From assembly GCA_050736715.1 (NCBI GenBank), contig JBOHWK010000169.1, forward strand, positions 73 to 64,072: DNA of 64,000 nucleotides, written 5' to 3'. The notes beneath the pieces are model-generated. The model did no database searches and was not told where the DNA came from. It saw nothing but the letters and a program-made list of their open reading frames with translations. Position numbers and translations under genes: made by a program. Below are positions 47,110 through 57,238 of the stretch, in pieces. This DNA comes from Candidatus Binataceae bacterium. GTDB taxonomy: Bacteria > Desulfobacterota > Binatia > Binatales > Binataceae. Numbering within the stretch: position 1 is the first letter of the stretch; every line of letters starts with the position of its first letter.

Positions 47110-48318
47110 ATGAACTTGTCTCCCTTCAAAACTTCCGCCCGCTGGCTGATAGCCGCCGCAATAATTGTTGCGGTGGCGGTCTATTTTGTCGTTCGCGACG
47201 GTTCCGCGCCGGTCAGGTACGTCACGGAACAGGTGACGCGCGGCGATGTCGTCCGCACCGTGACTGCCACCGGAACCGTCAACCCGGTCACGACCGTCCA
47301 AGTCGGCAGCTACGTTTCCGGGCCGATCGTCGCGATTTACGCCGATTTCAATTCGCTGGTGAAGAAAAACGAGCTGATCGCCAAGATCGATCCGAAGCCG
47401 TTCCAAGTCAAGGTTGACGAGGCGGCCGCGGCGCTCGCCAATGCCAAGGCGCAGTTGATTAAGGATCAGGCCGACCTCGCCTACAAAGAAATCACCTACG
47501 AGCGCAACCGGAAATTGCTGGCGCAGGATGTAGTTTCACAGGACACGGTGGACGCCGCGCGCAGCGCCGCCGATCAGGCCACCGCGCAGATTGCGCTCGA
47601 CCGCGCGAACATCCAGCAACAGGCGGCCAACCTTGAGGATGCGCAGGTGCAACTCGGCTACACCAATATCGTGTCTCCCGTGGACGGGACGATCGTCTCG
47701 CGCAACGTCGATGTCGGACAGACGGTGGCGGCAAGCTTCCAGACCCCGACGCTGTTCCTGATCGCGCAGGATTTGACCAAGATGCAGGTCGATTCCAACG
47801 TCAGCGAATCGGACATCGGCAACGTGAAGAGCGGCGAGGACGCAACTTTCCGCGTTGATGCGTTCCCGGACCGCGATTTCAAGGGTACGGTCGGCCAAGT
47901 GCGCCAGACGCCGATCACGGTGCAGAACGTGGTGACTTACGACGTGGTCGTGAAAGTCGATAATTCTTCGCTGCTGCTCAAGCCGGGAATGACCGCCAAT
48001 GTCACGATCGTCACCGCGCAGCGCGATAACGCAGTCCGGGTGCCGCTCGACGCGCTCCGCTTCACGCCGCCGGGCACGCCGGCGCGCCCCTCCGATCTGC
48101 TCGACGCGAGCGGCAAGCCGCACCAAACGCAGGTCTGGATGCGAAGCGGCGCCGGCATTCAGCCGGCCGCGATTACGATCGGACTCAACGACGGCAGGTG
48201 GGCCGAACTACTGTACGGCAAGCTTCATTCCGGCGATCGGGTGGTGACCGACGAAATCCATAGCGCGAAGACCGCAGCCCGCGGCGGGTCGCCATTCCTG
48301 CCGCATTTCCATCACTAA
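47110..48318 (+). CDS. macA: efflux transporter periplasmic adaptor subunit (MacA/HlyD family)
   Basis: N-terminal TM anchor, lipoyl/beta-barrel adaptor motifs (VQVGSYVSGPIVAIYADFNSLVKKNELIAKIDP), coiled-coil region; directly upstream of macB. Confidence 0.85.
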   Translation: MNLSPFKTSARWLIAAAIIVAVAVYFVVRDGSAPVRYVTEQVTRGDVVRTVTATGTVNPVTTVQVGSYVSGPIVAIYADFNSLVKKNELIAKIDPKPFQVKVDEAAAALANAKAQLIKDQADLAYKEITYERNRKLLAQDVVSQDTVDAARSAADQATAQIALDRANIQQQAANLEDAQVQLGYTNIVSPVDGTIVSRNVDVGQTVAASFQTPTLFLIAQDLTKMQVDSNVSESDIGNVKSGEDATFRVDAFPDRDFKGTVGQVRQTPITVQNVVTYDVVVKVDNSSLLLKPGMTANVTIVTAQRDNAVRVPLDALRFTPPGTPARPSDLLDASGKPHQTQVWMRSGAGIQPAAITIGLNDGRWAELLYGKLHSGDRVVTDEIHSAKTAARGGSPFLPHFHH

Positions 48319-48327
48319 GAAACCCCG

Positions 48328-50463
48328 ATGCGCCCGGTAATCGAAATCGAAAATCTGACCAAGACCTACGTGCTGGGGGAGGTCGAGGTCCATGCGCTGC
48401 GCGGGGTGAGCCTCAAGATCGAGCGCGGCGAATTCACCGCGATCATGGGCGCCTCGGGTTCGGGCAAATCGACATTGATGAACATCGTCGGATGCCTCGA
48501 TCAGCCGACCAGCGGGCGCTACCTGCTCGAGGGCGAGGACGTGGCCGGAATGGATGAAACTGCGCTGGCGGCGATCCGCGGCCGCCGGATCGGATTCGTC
48601 TTTCAGAATTTCAACCTGCTCGCGCGAACCTCGGCGCTGGAAAATGTCGAACTGCCGCTTTTCTATTCGGCTTGGATGGCGGACGGCGGGCGGCGCGCGC
48701 AAGAGATGCTCAAACTCGTGGGGCTTGCCGGCCGCGAACAGAACCATCCCAACCAGCTTTCCGGCGGACAGCAGCAGCGCGTCGCAATCGCCCGCGCACT
48801 CATTAATCAGCCCTCGATACTCCTGGCCGACGAGCCTACCGGCAATCTGGATTCCACCAATTCGGCCGAAATCATGGAGATCATCACGCGGCTCAACCGC
48901 GAGCGCGGAATTACGGTGATAATCGTCACGCACGATCCGGACATGGCGCAATATGCCGACCGGGTGGTCACGTTCCGCGACGGGGTTATCGTTTCCGATA
49001 CGCGCAAGGCGGGCGCGCCGCCGGTCAAGGCGGCGCCGGCCGCCGTGGCGGAAGAACCGGCCGCGGCGGGCAAGAGCGATACGTGGACGTTCGCCATGAT
49101 GGCCGCGTTGGCGGCCGCGCGCGCGCTCCAGCGCAACAAGCTCCGCGCGGCGCTCACGATGCTGGGGATATTCATCGGCGTCGCGGCGGTAATCGCGATG
49201 GTGGCGATCGGCGACGGGGCGCGCGCGTCGGTGCAGGCGCAAATCCAAAGCCTCGGCTCCAATCTGATTATCGTGCTGCCCGGAGCGACCACGACCGGGG
49301 GCGTTCATGCCGGAATGGGCACTACTTCCACACTCATGGCCGGCGACGCGGACGCAATCAAACAGGAGGATCGGGCGGTCGCGCTGGTCACTTACATGGA
49401 CCACCAAGTGGCGCAAGTCGTCAACGGCGACCGCAACTGGAGCACCGGGATCGAAGGCGTCACCCCCAGCTATTTCGCGATCCGCGACTGGCCGGTGGCG
49501 GAGGGGCGGATTTTCACCAAGAGCGAAGAGAACAGCGCCGCGCCGGTTTGCCTCTTGGGCAAGACCGTGGTGTCGAACCTGTTCGGCGAGGATCAGAACC
49601 CGGTCGGCACCGTCGTGCGAGTGAAAAATTCTCCCTTGCGCGTGATTGGAGTGCTAACCGCAAAAGGGCAATCGTCCTTCGGCCAGGATCAGGACGACGT
49701 GGTCATAATTCCGTTCAACACCGCCGAACGCAAAGTGCTGGGTTCCTCGCAGGTGACGGCATCCGTGGCGTCATCGACCACCGGCTCGTCCAATCCGGTG
49801 CTCAATCCCTACGGCATCATTCCGCTGACCACCGCGATGAACCCGATGTACCAGACCGGCGCGCAAATCATCAATCCGTTCGGCACCGCGGCCAAAATTA
49901 CCGGCGTGGTCAACATAATTTTTGTGCAGGCCCGCAGCGCGGCCGGGGTTGACGCGGCGATGGCGCAAGTGACGCAGACCGTGCATGAGCGCCACCATAT
50001 CCAGCCCGGCCAAGACAACGACTTCACCGTACGCAGTCTGGCGGAGATCGCGGCGGCGTCGGAAGGCGCCACGAAGGTGATGACGGCGCTGCTCGCCGCC
50101 GTCGCCTCGATCTCGCTGCTGGTGGGCGGAATTGGAATCATGAACATTATGCTGGTGTCGGTAACCGAGCGCACGCGGGAAATCGGGATTCGGATGGCGA
50201 TCGGCGCCCGGCGCCTGCACATCCTGCTGCAGTTCCTGGTGGAATCGACGATGCTAAGCGTGCTGGGCGGTGCCGCCGGAATCGCGCTGGGGGTAATCGC
50301 ATCCAAGCTGATTTCGGCGCTGGCGGGATGGCCCACATTGATGTCGCCGGTTGCGGTGGTTGGAGGGTTTGTGTTTTCCGCGCTGGTCGGCATCTTCTTC
50401 GGCTACTATCCGGCGCGCCAAGCATCCCTATTGAGTCCAATCGACGCGTTGCGCTATGAATGA
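48328..50463 (+). CDS. macB: MacB-type ABC transporter (fused ATPase and FtsX permease)
   Basis: Walker [10 protein letters not shown], signature LSGGQQQRV, Walker B ILLADEPT; C-terminal FtsX permease with 4 TM helices; 711 aa. Confidence 0.9.
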   Translation: MRPVIEIENLTKTYVLGEVEVHALRGVSLKIERGEFTAIMGASGSGKSTLMNIVGCLDQPTSGRYLLEGEDVAGMDETALAAIRGRRIGFVFQNFNLLARTSALENVELPLFYSAWMADGGRRAQEMLKLVGLAGREQNHPNQLSGGQQQRVAIARALINQPSILLADEPTGNLDSTNSAEIMEIITRLNRERGITVIIVTHDPDMAQYADRVVTFRDGVIVSDTRKAGAPPVKAAPAAVAEEPAAAGKSDTWTFAMMAALAAARALQRNKLRAALTMLGIFIGVAAVIAMVAIGDGARASVQAQIQSLGSNLIIVLPGATTTGGVHAGMGTTSTLMAGDADAIKQEDRAVALVTYMDHQVAQVVNGDRNWSTGIEGVTPSYFAIRDWPVAEGRIFTKSEENSAAPVCLLGKTVVSNLFGEDQNPVGTVVRVKNSPLRVIGVLTAKGQSSFGQDQDDVVIIPFNTAERKVLGSSQVTASVASSTTGSSNPVLNPYGIIPLTTAMNPMYQTGAQIINPFGTAAKITGVVNIIFVQARSAAGVDAAMAQVTQTVHERHHIQPGQDNDFTVRSLAEIAAASEGATKVMTALLAAVASISLLVGGIGIMNIMLVSVTERTREIGIRMAIGARRLHILLQFLVESTMLSVLGGAAGIALGVIASKLISALAGWPTLMSPVAVVGGFVFSALVGIFFGYYPARQASLLSPIDALRYE

Positions 50464-50604
50464 CCCGTGCCGGAAGACCGAGATGCTTTCGCGGGGTGGG
50501 TCTAAACTTCCGGCCGGAAATTCGAACAAGAAAGCTTGACTAAGCGCCCATCAATGTGGTGGGTTAGGGAAGCCGGTTCGGGGGCCAGGAGGGTTTCGGC
50601 TTTT

Positions 50605-51906
50605 ATGGTTAGGTTGGGATTGACGAAGAAAATCGCGGGCGTGGGCGCGCTCATTGTGGGGATGGGCCTGATCGCCGCCACTGCAATGGCGGCGGGGGTC
50701 AAGCCCGGCGATGTCATCACGCCCAGAAATGCGGCGGAGGTCAAAAACCTTGTTTCGCCGGGCGTCTATTACGCCATCCAGCACGGGATGCGGATGGATA
50801 TCGTGGCGCCCGGGCAGATCGATTGGCCGCCCCCGTATCGGGATGCGACCGAGAAATATTCCTCGCAAGTGCGCCTCAGCGACAGCCATCGCTCGCTGGT
50901 GGGCTATGTCGCGGGCCAGCCGTTTCCGCTGATCGACACCAACGATCCTTACGTCGCCACCAAGATCATGTGGAACAACGTGTTCCGCCCGATTGCGACC
51001 GACGACGCCGATCTGCGGTTTTTCGACTGCCAGAGCGAGAATGTGAATCCGGGCAAAGCGCAGCGAGTGATCGATGAAATCGAAATCGGCCACCTCGGCT
51101 ATTACGCGGAGATCGGGAGGACAGAGGTCGAACCGCTCCCAATCGATCCGGATTTCAAAATTAGCAACCGAATGTTCCTCACCGCGCTGTATCCCGTGTT
51201 GGCGCCGCAGAGCGCGCGCGGCGCCGGCGCAATCCGGTATCGTTATGCGAATCCGAACCGCGGCGACGATAGCTGGGCGTGGATTCCCGGCGCCCGCCGC
51301 GTGCGCCGCCTGAATGAGGCGACCGGCAGCACCTCGGTCGGCGCGCAGACTTTCGACGCCGATCACGCGACCGGTTTCGACCCGAAGACCGAGGAATACA
51401 ATTACAAATTCCTAGGCGATCGTCCGATGCTCGCGAGCGTCCATGCGAAGCATTCGCCCGAAGTGACCTGCCCCTACGACGGCGGCGCGACCGCATGCCC
51501 CGAAAATTGGGAGATGCGCCATATGTACGTGGTTTCCGCCATGCCGCGGAAGGGAATCGGCGAGGCGGGCGACGTTGTGTTCGGCAAAACGATCGTTTAC
51601 ATGGATTCGGAAGCGTGGTTCACGCCCTATGTCGATACCTACGATCGGAAGGGGCAGCTTTGGCGCAGCAACATTTTTTGGCTCACTTACCGCGATCGCC
51701 CGGTGCCCGACGCACGCGTCGCGATCTATCCGTTCAAGCGCGAATTCGTCGTCGGCGCGAGCCGGTTTGACGTGCAATCCGGCTTCGCCACGATGTGCTA
51801 CCTGCCCGGCCAGCACACGCCGGAACGGGAATGCTGGTACATCAACATGGGCGCGGTGGACAAGACCTTCTTCACCATTGACGCGATGGTTCGGGCGGCG
51901 CCGTAA
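50605..51906 (+). CDS. secreted ~430-aa protein, paralog 1 (DUF1329-like)
   Basis: ATG 50605; signal peptide; ~60% identical to the 52104-53393 product; conserved GQPFPLID, CPYDGGATACPE, ECWYINMGAV; DUF1329 assignment rests on family size and memory. Confidence 0.6.
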   Translation: MVRLGLTKKIAGVGALIVGMGLIAATAMAAGVKPGDVITPRNAAEVKNLVSPGVYYAIQHGMRMDIVAPGQIDWPPPYRDATEKYSSQVRLSDSHRSLVGYVAGQPFPLIDTNDPYVATKIMWNNVFRPIATDDADLRFFDCQSENVNPGKAQRVIDEIEIGHLGYYAEIGRTEVEPLPIDPDFKISNRMFLTALYPVLAPQSARGAGAIRYRYANPNRGDDSWAWIPGARRVRRLNEATGSTSVGAQTFDADHATGFDPKTEEYNYKFLGDRPMLASVHAKHSPEVTCPYDGGATACPENWEMRHMYVVSAMPRKGIGEAGDVVFGKTIVYMDSEAWFTPYVDTYDRKGQLWRSNIFWLTYRDRPVPDARVAIYPFKREFVVGASRFDVQSGFATMCYLPGQHTPERECWYINMGAVDKTFFTIDAMVRAAP

Positions 51907-52103
51907 TTAGCCGCCGCCGCAAAGCGGATCGACGCCGGGGTGGCGCGGGCATGGGAAGCCGCGCCACCCCGCGCTTTTCTGGGATTAGCGGCCCGGGCTG
52001 GAATAATTATCATTCGCGATGATGGTTGGGGCGGATAAACTTGACTTTTCAACCGATTGCGTCCAAAGATTGGCTTGGGCAATTCGTCAGGAGGTCTCAC
52101 AGA

Positions 52104-53393
52104 ATGGCTAAGCGCGGGTTGGCCAAGATGCTGCTAGGCGCCACGGCACTGGCAATTGTAATGTGCTTCGCCGCGAACGGGGCGGATGCGGCCGTCAAAC
52201 CGGGCGATGTGATCACGCCCCAGAACGCGAGCCAAGTCAAAGACTTGGTATCGCCTGGTGTGTATTGGGTTGTAACCCACGGGATGCGCATGAATATCGT
52301 CCCGGCCGAGGAAATCGATTGGCCGCCGCCCTACAAGGAAGCCACCGAAAAATATTCCTCGCAGGTGCGCCTGACGCCGGACCATCGCACCCTCGTCGGA
52401 TACGTCGCGGGCCAGCCGTTTCCCCTGATCGATCCCAACGACCCGCATGTGGCGGACAAGATAATCTGGAACACGCAGTTCCGCCCGATCGCCACCGACG
52501 ACCTGGATTTGCGGTTCTTCGATTGCCAGAGCCAGTATGTGCGGCCCGGCAAGGCGCAGCGCGTGATCGATGAGATCGAGGTCGGCCATTTCGCGGCTTA
52601 CAGCCTGCTCGGCCGCACCGAGGTCGATCCGATCCCGGTCGATCCGGACTTCAAGACGACCAATCGAATGGGACTGTTCGGCCTGTATCCAATCCTCGCG
52701 CCGCAGGAGGCGCGCGGCGGCGGATTAATTCGCTGGCGCTACCAGGATCCGAGCAAGGGCGACGACAGTTGGGTCTGGGAACCGGGCGCCCGCCGCGTGC
52801 GCCGCCTCAACGAGGCGGTGCTATCGACCTCCGCCGGCGCGCAAACCACCGACCCGGACCATTACTCCGGCTTCAACCCCAAGGTTGAGGAGTACGATTA
52901 TAAGTTCCTCGGCGATAAGAATATGCTTGCCAGCGAGCACGCCGAGCATTCCCCGGAGCAGACCTGCCCCTACGATGGCGGCGCGACCGCCTGTCCGGAG
53001 GCGTGGGAGATGCGTCACCTGTACATCCTGACGGCGGTGCCGCGCTCCGGGTTCACCGGGTCGCTCGATAAGAAGACGGTCATTTACGTTGACACGGAAT
53101 CATGGGCGGAGCCTTACGTCGATAGCTACGATAGCGCCGGCAAGCTGTGGAAGACTCACATCTTCTGGAGCACCTATCGCGATCGTCCGGTGCCCGACGC
53201 GCGCATCGCGGTCTATCCCTTCCGGCGCCAGTTCGTTCTGGGCGCGGCCACGGTCGATACTCAATCGGGCCTGTCCACCATGTGCTACCTGCCCGGACAG
53301 CACACCCCGGAGCGCGAATGCTGGTACATCAACATGGGCGCGGTCAACAAGGACTTCTTCACCATCGAGGCGATGGTCAAAGCGGCCCCCTGA
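52104..53393 (+). CDS. secreted ~430-aa protein, paralog 2 (DUF1329-like)
   Basis: ATG 52104 with AGGAGG 8 nt upstream; signal peptide MAKRGLAKMLLGATALAIVMCFAANGADA; the upstream extension in the track starts at a TTG inside a TTGACT hexamer. Confidence 0.6.
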   Translation: MAKRGLAKMLLGATALAIVMCFAANGADAAVKPGDVITPQNASQVKDLVSPGVYWVVTHGMRMNIVPAEEIDWPPPYKEATEKYSSQVRLTPDHRTLVGYVAGQPFPLIDPNDPHVADKIIWNTQFRPIATDDLDLRFFDCQSQYVRPGKAQRVIDEIEVGHFAAYSLLGRTEVDPIPVDPDFKTTNRMGLFGLYPILAPQEARGGGLIRWRYQDPSKGDDSWVWEPGARRVRRLNEAVLSTSAGAQTTDPDHYSGFNPKVEEYDYKFLGDKNMLASEHAEHSPEQTCPYDGGATACPEAWEMRHLYILTAVPRSGFTGSLDKKTVIYVDTESWAEPYVDSYDSAGKLWKTHIFWSTYRDRPVPDARIAVYPFRRQFVLGAATVDTQSGLSTMCYLPGQHTPERECWYINMGAVNKDFFTIEAMVKAAP

Positions 53394-53406
53394 TCGAACG
53401 CCGGCG

Positions 53407-55242
53407 TCATTCCACCGTGACCGATTTGGCGAGGTTGCGGGGTTGGTCGATGTCGGCGCCGCGTTCGGCCGCGATATGATAGGCGAGCAATTGCAGCGGT
53501 ACCGTCATCAGCACCGGCGTCAGCATTGGGGTAGTCCTGGGAATTTCGATCACGTCCGCCGCGACGCGGTTCAGTTCCGGCGTCGCGCGATCGGTAACGG
53601 CGATTATCATCCCGCGGCGCGATTCCACTTCTCTTAGATTCGACAGCGTCTTCTCGAATAGGGAATCGTTGGGAATCAGCACCACCACCGGCATCCGCTC
53701 GTCGATTAGGGCGATCGGCCCGTGCTTCATCTCGCCGGCCGGATAGCCCTCGGCGTGCAGGTAGGAAATCTCCTTTAGCTTGAGCGCACCTTCCAGTGCG
53801 ACTGGATAATTGATGCCGCGGCCCAAATACAGGAAGTCGCGTGCCGATGCGTATTTGCGCGCGATCTCCCGGATTTGCGGTTCGAGCGCGATTACCGGTT
53901 CGATTTGGCCGGGAATCGCCAAGGCGGGTTCGAGCAGATTCGCCGCCTCCGCCGCGCCAATCCGGCCGATTCGCGCCGCCAGATGAATCGCGAGCAGGTA
54001 AAAAACTTCGATCTGCGCGAGGAAGCATTTGGTGGTGCTGACGCTGATCTCCGGGCCGCATCGCGTGTAGAGCCGCGCATCCGCCTTGCGCGCGATCGAG
54101 GAATCGACCGTGTTGGTAATCGCGAGGAGATGCGCGCCGGATGCGCGCGCCGGCCCTTCCATCGCGGCAAGCGTGTCGGCGGTCTCTCCCGATTGCGACA
54201 CCGCGATCAGCATCGTGCGCGCGGAAATCGGCGGGCGGCGGTAGCGGTATTCGGACGAGTAATCGACTTCCACCGGGATGCCCGCCAATTCCTCGATCAT
54301 GAACTTGCCGATTTGCGCCGAAATCCACGACGCCCCCGCGCTCACCATTACGATTCGCTCGATCGATTTGGGTCCGCCGGGCGGGAGGATTTCCTCCTCG
54401 AACTTGACCGCGGACGATCCGGCGGCCGCGCGCCCCGCGATCGTGTCGATCCAGGCTTGCGGCTGGTCGGCGATTTCCTTGCGCAGGAAATGGCTGAATC
54501 CGCCCCGGCTCGCGGTTGCCGCGTCCCATTCGATTCGCCGCGGCGCGCGGGCGATCGGCGTGCCGTCGAACTTCATAACTTGAACGCCCGCGGCGGTAAC
54601 CTCGGCCATTTCGCCGTCTTCGAGCACGATCGCGTCGCGCGTATGCGGCAGGATCGCGGGAATGTCCGACGCGATAAAGTTCTCGCCCGCGCCGATTCCC
54701 AGCACCAGCGGCGTCGCGCTCTTTGCCGCCACCAGCATTCCCGGCGCGGTCTCCGACATCGCGACGATCGCGAACGAGCCGCGGATGCGCGCGGCCGCGG
54801 CGCGGACCGCGTCGCCAAGGCTGTCGCCGGCTTTCACGCGCTCCTCGATCAGATGCGCAATCAGTTCGGTGTCGGTTTCGGAGTGGAGGCGATGGCCGCG
54901 CGCGAGCAGCTCCTCGCGCAGTTCGAGGTAGTTCTCGACGATTCCGTTGTGAATCACGGCGACCGGCCCGGCCCGATGGGGATGTGCGTTTTCCTCGGAG
55001 GGGCGGCCGTGCGTGGCCCATCGCGTATGGCCGATTCCGATTTTTCCGTGCAGGGGAGAATCGGCAACCAGCCGCCGCAAATTTTCGAGCTTGCCCTTCG
55101 CGCGGCGCGTTTCGAGTTTGCCCGATTCTCCGATCGTGGCGATTCCGGCGGAATCGTAGCCGCGGTATTCCAGCCGCGATAGCCCCTCGATCAGAACCGG
55201 CGCGGCCTCATCCGGCCCCACGTATCCGACTATTCCACACAT
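53407..55242 (-). CDS. glmS: glutamine--fructose-6-phosphate aminotransferase
   Basis: Starts MCGIVGY (Cys2 nucleophile); GGAGAG RBS; two SIS domains; ~611 aa. Confidence 0.95.
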   Translation of the reverse strand: MCGIVGYVGPDEAAPVLIEGLSRLEYRGYDSAGIATIGESGKLETRRAKGKLENLRRLVADSPLHGKIGIGHTRWATHGRPSEENAHPHRAGPVAVIHNGIVENYLELREELLARGHRLHSETDTELIAHLIEERVKAGDSLGDAVRAAAARIRGSFAIVAMSETAPGMLVAAKSATPLVLGIGAGENFIASDIPAILPHTRDAIVLEDGEMAEVTAAGVQVMKFDGTPIARAPRRIEWDAATASRGGFSHFLRKEIADQPQAWIDTIAGRAAAGSSAVKFEEEILPPGGPKSIERIVMVSAGASWISAQIGKFMIEELAGIPVEVDYSSEYRYRRPPISARTMLIAVSQSGETADTLAAMEGPARASGAHLLAITNTVDSSIARKADARLYTRCGPEISVSTTKCFLAQIEVFYLLAIHLAARIGRIGAAEAANLLEPALAIPGQIEPVIALEPQIREIARKYASARDFLYLGRGINYPVALEGALKLKEISYLHAEGYPAGEMKHGPIALIDERMPVVVLIPNDSLFEKTLSNLREVESRRGMIIAVTDRATPELNRVAADVIEIPRTTPMLTPVLMTVPLQLLAYHIAAERGADIDQPRNLAKSVTVE

Positions 55243-55344
55243 GATGTTCTCTCCGCCGTTCGTTCGACCGCGAATGGACGAGCACCCGCGAACAGTCCGC
55301 AGCACAGAAAATATTGAAGCTGGAGAGTTTGGAATGAACCGGAA

Positions 55345-55502
55345 CGCAGTGCCGTTCCGTCCACGTGCGGCGGGATTTGTCGCGCGGTCGCCCGCGCGGT
55401 TTGTCCGCCGCTATCGATTGTGGAACCGGGAAGCCATCCGCCGAATCTTTCGATAAGCTCCCTCCTCGTCAACTCGCGGAAATCCCGCGAGCCCTGGCGC
55501 TA
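55345..55502 (-). ncRNA. glmS ribozyme: glmS ribozyme (GlcN6P-responsive self-cleaving riboswitch) in the glmS 5' leader
   Basis: Minus strand reads ...GUAGCGCCAGGGCUCGCGGGAUUUCCGCGAGUUGACGAGGAGGGAGCUUAUCGAAAGAUUCGGCGGAUGGCUUCCCGGUU...; matches the conserved P1 start (A^GCGCCAG) and P2/P2.1 core (UUGACGAGGA.GGAG.UUAUCGAA...UUCGGCGGAUG.CU.CCCGG) of known glmS ribozymes; 3' boundary approximate. Confidence 0.7.
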
Positions 55503-55654
55503 CTCTCTCAATTTCACCCGCTCTGTCTTGTCCGATGCCTCCTCGCAAATTCCTCTCCGATTATCCCGGCGCACGCCCCGCCGTTCAAGCGCGCGCGTGG
55601 CGACAAATGCGGTCCCCCTAATTTGGTACCAGAAACCACTGAATTAGGAGGTTA

Positions 55655-55701
55655 TTGACCGCACCCCGGCATTCTGCTACTAACTTAGTAGATTTTAGTA
55701 G
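55655..55701 (+). promoter_or_regulatory. candidate promoter with overlapping palindromic operator upstream of fic
   Basis: TTGACC (55655-55660)-N17-TACTAA; inverted repeat CTACTAA-c-TTAGTAG (55677-55691) plus a third TTAGTAG copy at 55695-55701. Confidence 0.4.
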
Positions 55702-55724
55702 AACTTTGGAATGAAGGCTGGACG

Positions 55725-57074
55725 ATGAAAAAGCCCCAAGAAGCGCCAACCTACGCGCAAATTACCGAGGCTTTTAGAAAATCCGCGCTTCCGACGCACG
55801 AGTTCGAAGTCATGTTCGAGAAAGTGCGTGGACCGCTTGTCGGCGGAAAATATCTGCATTGGGACGAGCTTCAATATCGGGAACCTCCCAAGGGGCTATC
55901 CCGCGAGCACTGGTGGGTTCTCTTGAAGCTTAACCGCCTAGCCCAGCGACAAATCACTCCCTTTTCTGGCAAGAGCAGCGCTCCTTTCGGTTATGTTCTA
56001 GCGGACCCTATTCCCCAGCGCCTCCATGAGATCGACCTGCGGGCGGGCGGGCAAATCAAAATGCCGGAGCAGGTAACCAATCACGAGACCAAAGACGAGT
56101 ATTACGTAAGTTCTTTAATTGAAGAGGCGATTACTTCGAGCCAGTTGGAAGGAGCGGTCACGACCCGCCAAGTGGCCAAGGAAATGCTGAGAACCGGCCG
56201 GCCGCCTCACGATCGCAGCGAACGGATGATTCTCAATAATTTTCTGACGATGCAAAGAATCGGCACAATCAAGGATCGGCCGCTCAGCAAGGAACTGATC
56301 TTCGAGATTCACCGGCAGGTGACAGACGAGACCCTTGACGATCCCAGCGCAGCGGGCCGGTTCCGCCGGGAGGACGAAGCCGTCGGCGTTTACGACGATA
56401 CCAAGGGCAAGCCGGTATTGTTGCATCAGCCGCCCCGAGCTTCCGAACTTGAGGATCGAGTTCAACGGCTCTGCGATTTCGCAAATCGATCCGAGCCGTT
56501 CGTCCACCCCGTCATCAGATCGATCGTGCTCCATTTCATGCTTGGGTACGATCATCCCTTTGTCGATGGCAACGGCAGAACCGCCCGCGCCTTGTTTTAC
56601 TGGTCGATGCTGCGGCACGGCTATTGGCTCGCTGAATTCATCTCAATCTCGGGAATCGTGATTAAGGTGCCGGCGCAGTACAGCCGCGCATTCCTTTTCA
56701 CTGAGACGGACGAAGGCGACCTGACTTATTTCATCCTGTATCACCTGGAAATCGTGATGAAGGCGATTGCGAGCCTCTATGAATACATCGCCCGGAAGAC
56801 GGAAGAGATTCGAACGGTTGAGGCGGAGTTACAGGGCATTGAACTGTTGAATCATCGGCAACAAGCTTTGGTTCGGCACGCCATGCGGCATCCGGGAAAG
56901 CGATATACGGTCGAGGAACACCGGCGCAGTCACAATGTTTCGTACGAGAGCGCCAGATCCGATCTCCTCGACTTGGACCGGCGCGGGCTCCTTGCGAAAC
57001 GTAAAGAAGGAAAAAAGTGGATATTCACGCCACAACCGCCACTGGCGGTGCGGTTGGCCGCCCTGAAAACGTAG
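55725..57074 (+). CDS. Fic-family protein (AMPylase-type Fido domain with C-terminal winged-helix region)
   Basis: Canonical Fic motif HPFVDGNGRTARAL; 449 aa; gene GC ~50-55%, well below the genome background. Confidence 0.85.
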   Translation: MKKPQEAPTYAQITEAFRKSALPTHEFEVMFEKVRGPLVGGKYLHWDELQYREPPKGLSREHWWVLLKLNRLAQRQITPFSGKSSAPFGYVLADPIPQRLHEIDLRAGGQIKMPEQVTNHETKDEYYVSSLIEEAITSSQLEGAVTTRQVAKEMLRTGRPPHDRSERMILNNFLTMQRIGTIKDRPLSKELIFEIHRQVTDETLDDPSAAGRFRREDEAVGVYDDTKGKPVLLHQPPRASELEDRVQRLCDFANRSEPFVHPVIRSIVLHFMLGYDHPFVDGNGRTARALFYWSMLRHGYWLAEFISISGIVIKVPAQYSRAFLFTETDEGDLTYFILYHLEIVMKAIASLYEYIARKTEEIRTVEAELQGIELLNHRQQALVRHAMRHPGKRYTVEEHRRSHNVSYESARSDLLDLDRRGLLAKRKEGKKWIFTPQPPLAVRLAALKT

Positions 57075-57238
57075 GCATCGGCAACCGGCTTGGATTAGGA
57101 ACGCCGCCGTTCGCGTTTCCGCCGGGACGATCTCCTACCGGGTGCGCGATTGTCGTGCCCGAGGCGACGTACGCGCCGCCGCCGGGGATGACGACTACTT
57201 GCCGGTTGGCCATGATGACGATTCCGCCGGCGCGCCGC

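Noticed and set aside
50536-50541. TTGACT hexamers immediately upstream of both DUF1329-like paralogs as promoters (also 52041-52046)
   Set aside because: These are plausible -35 boxes, but no convincing -10 hexamer lies at 16-18 nt spacing, so they are not called as features.
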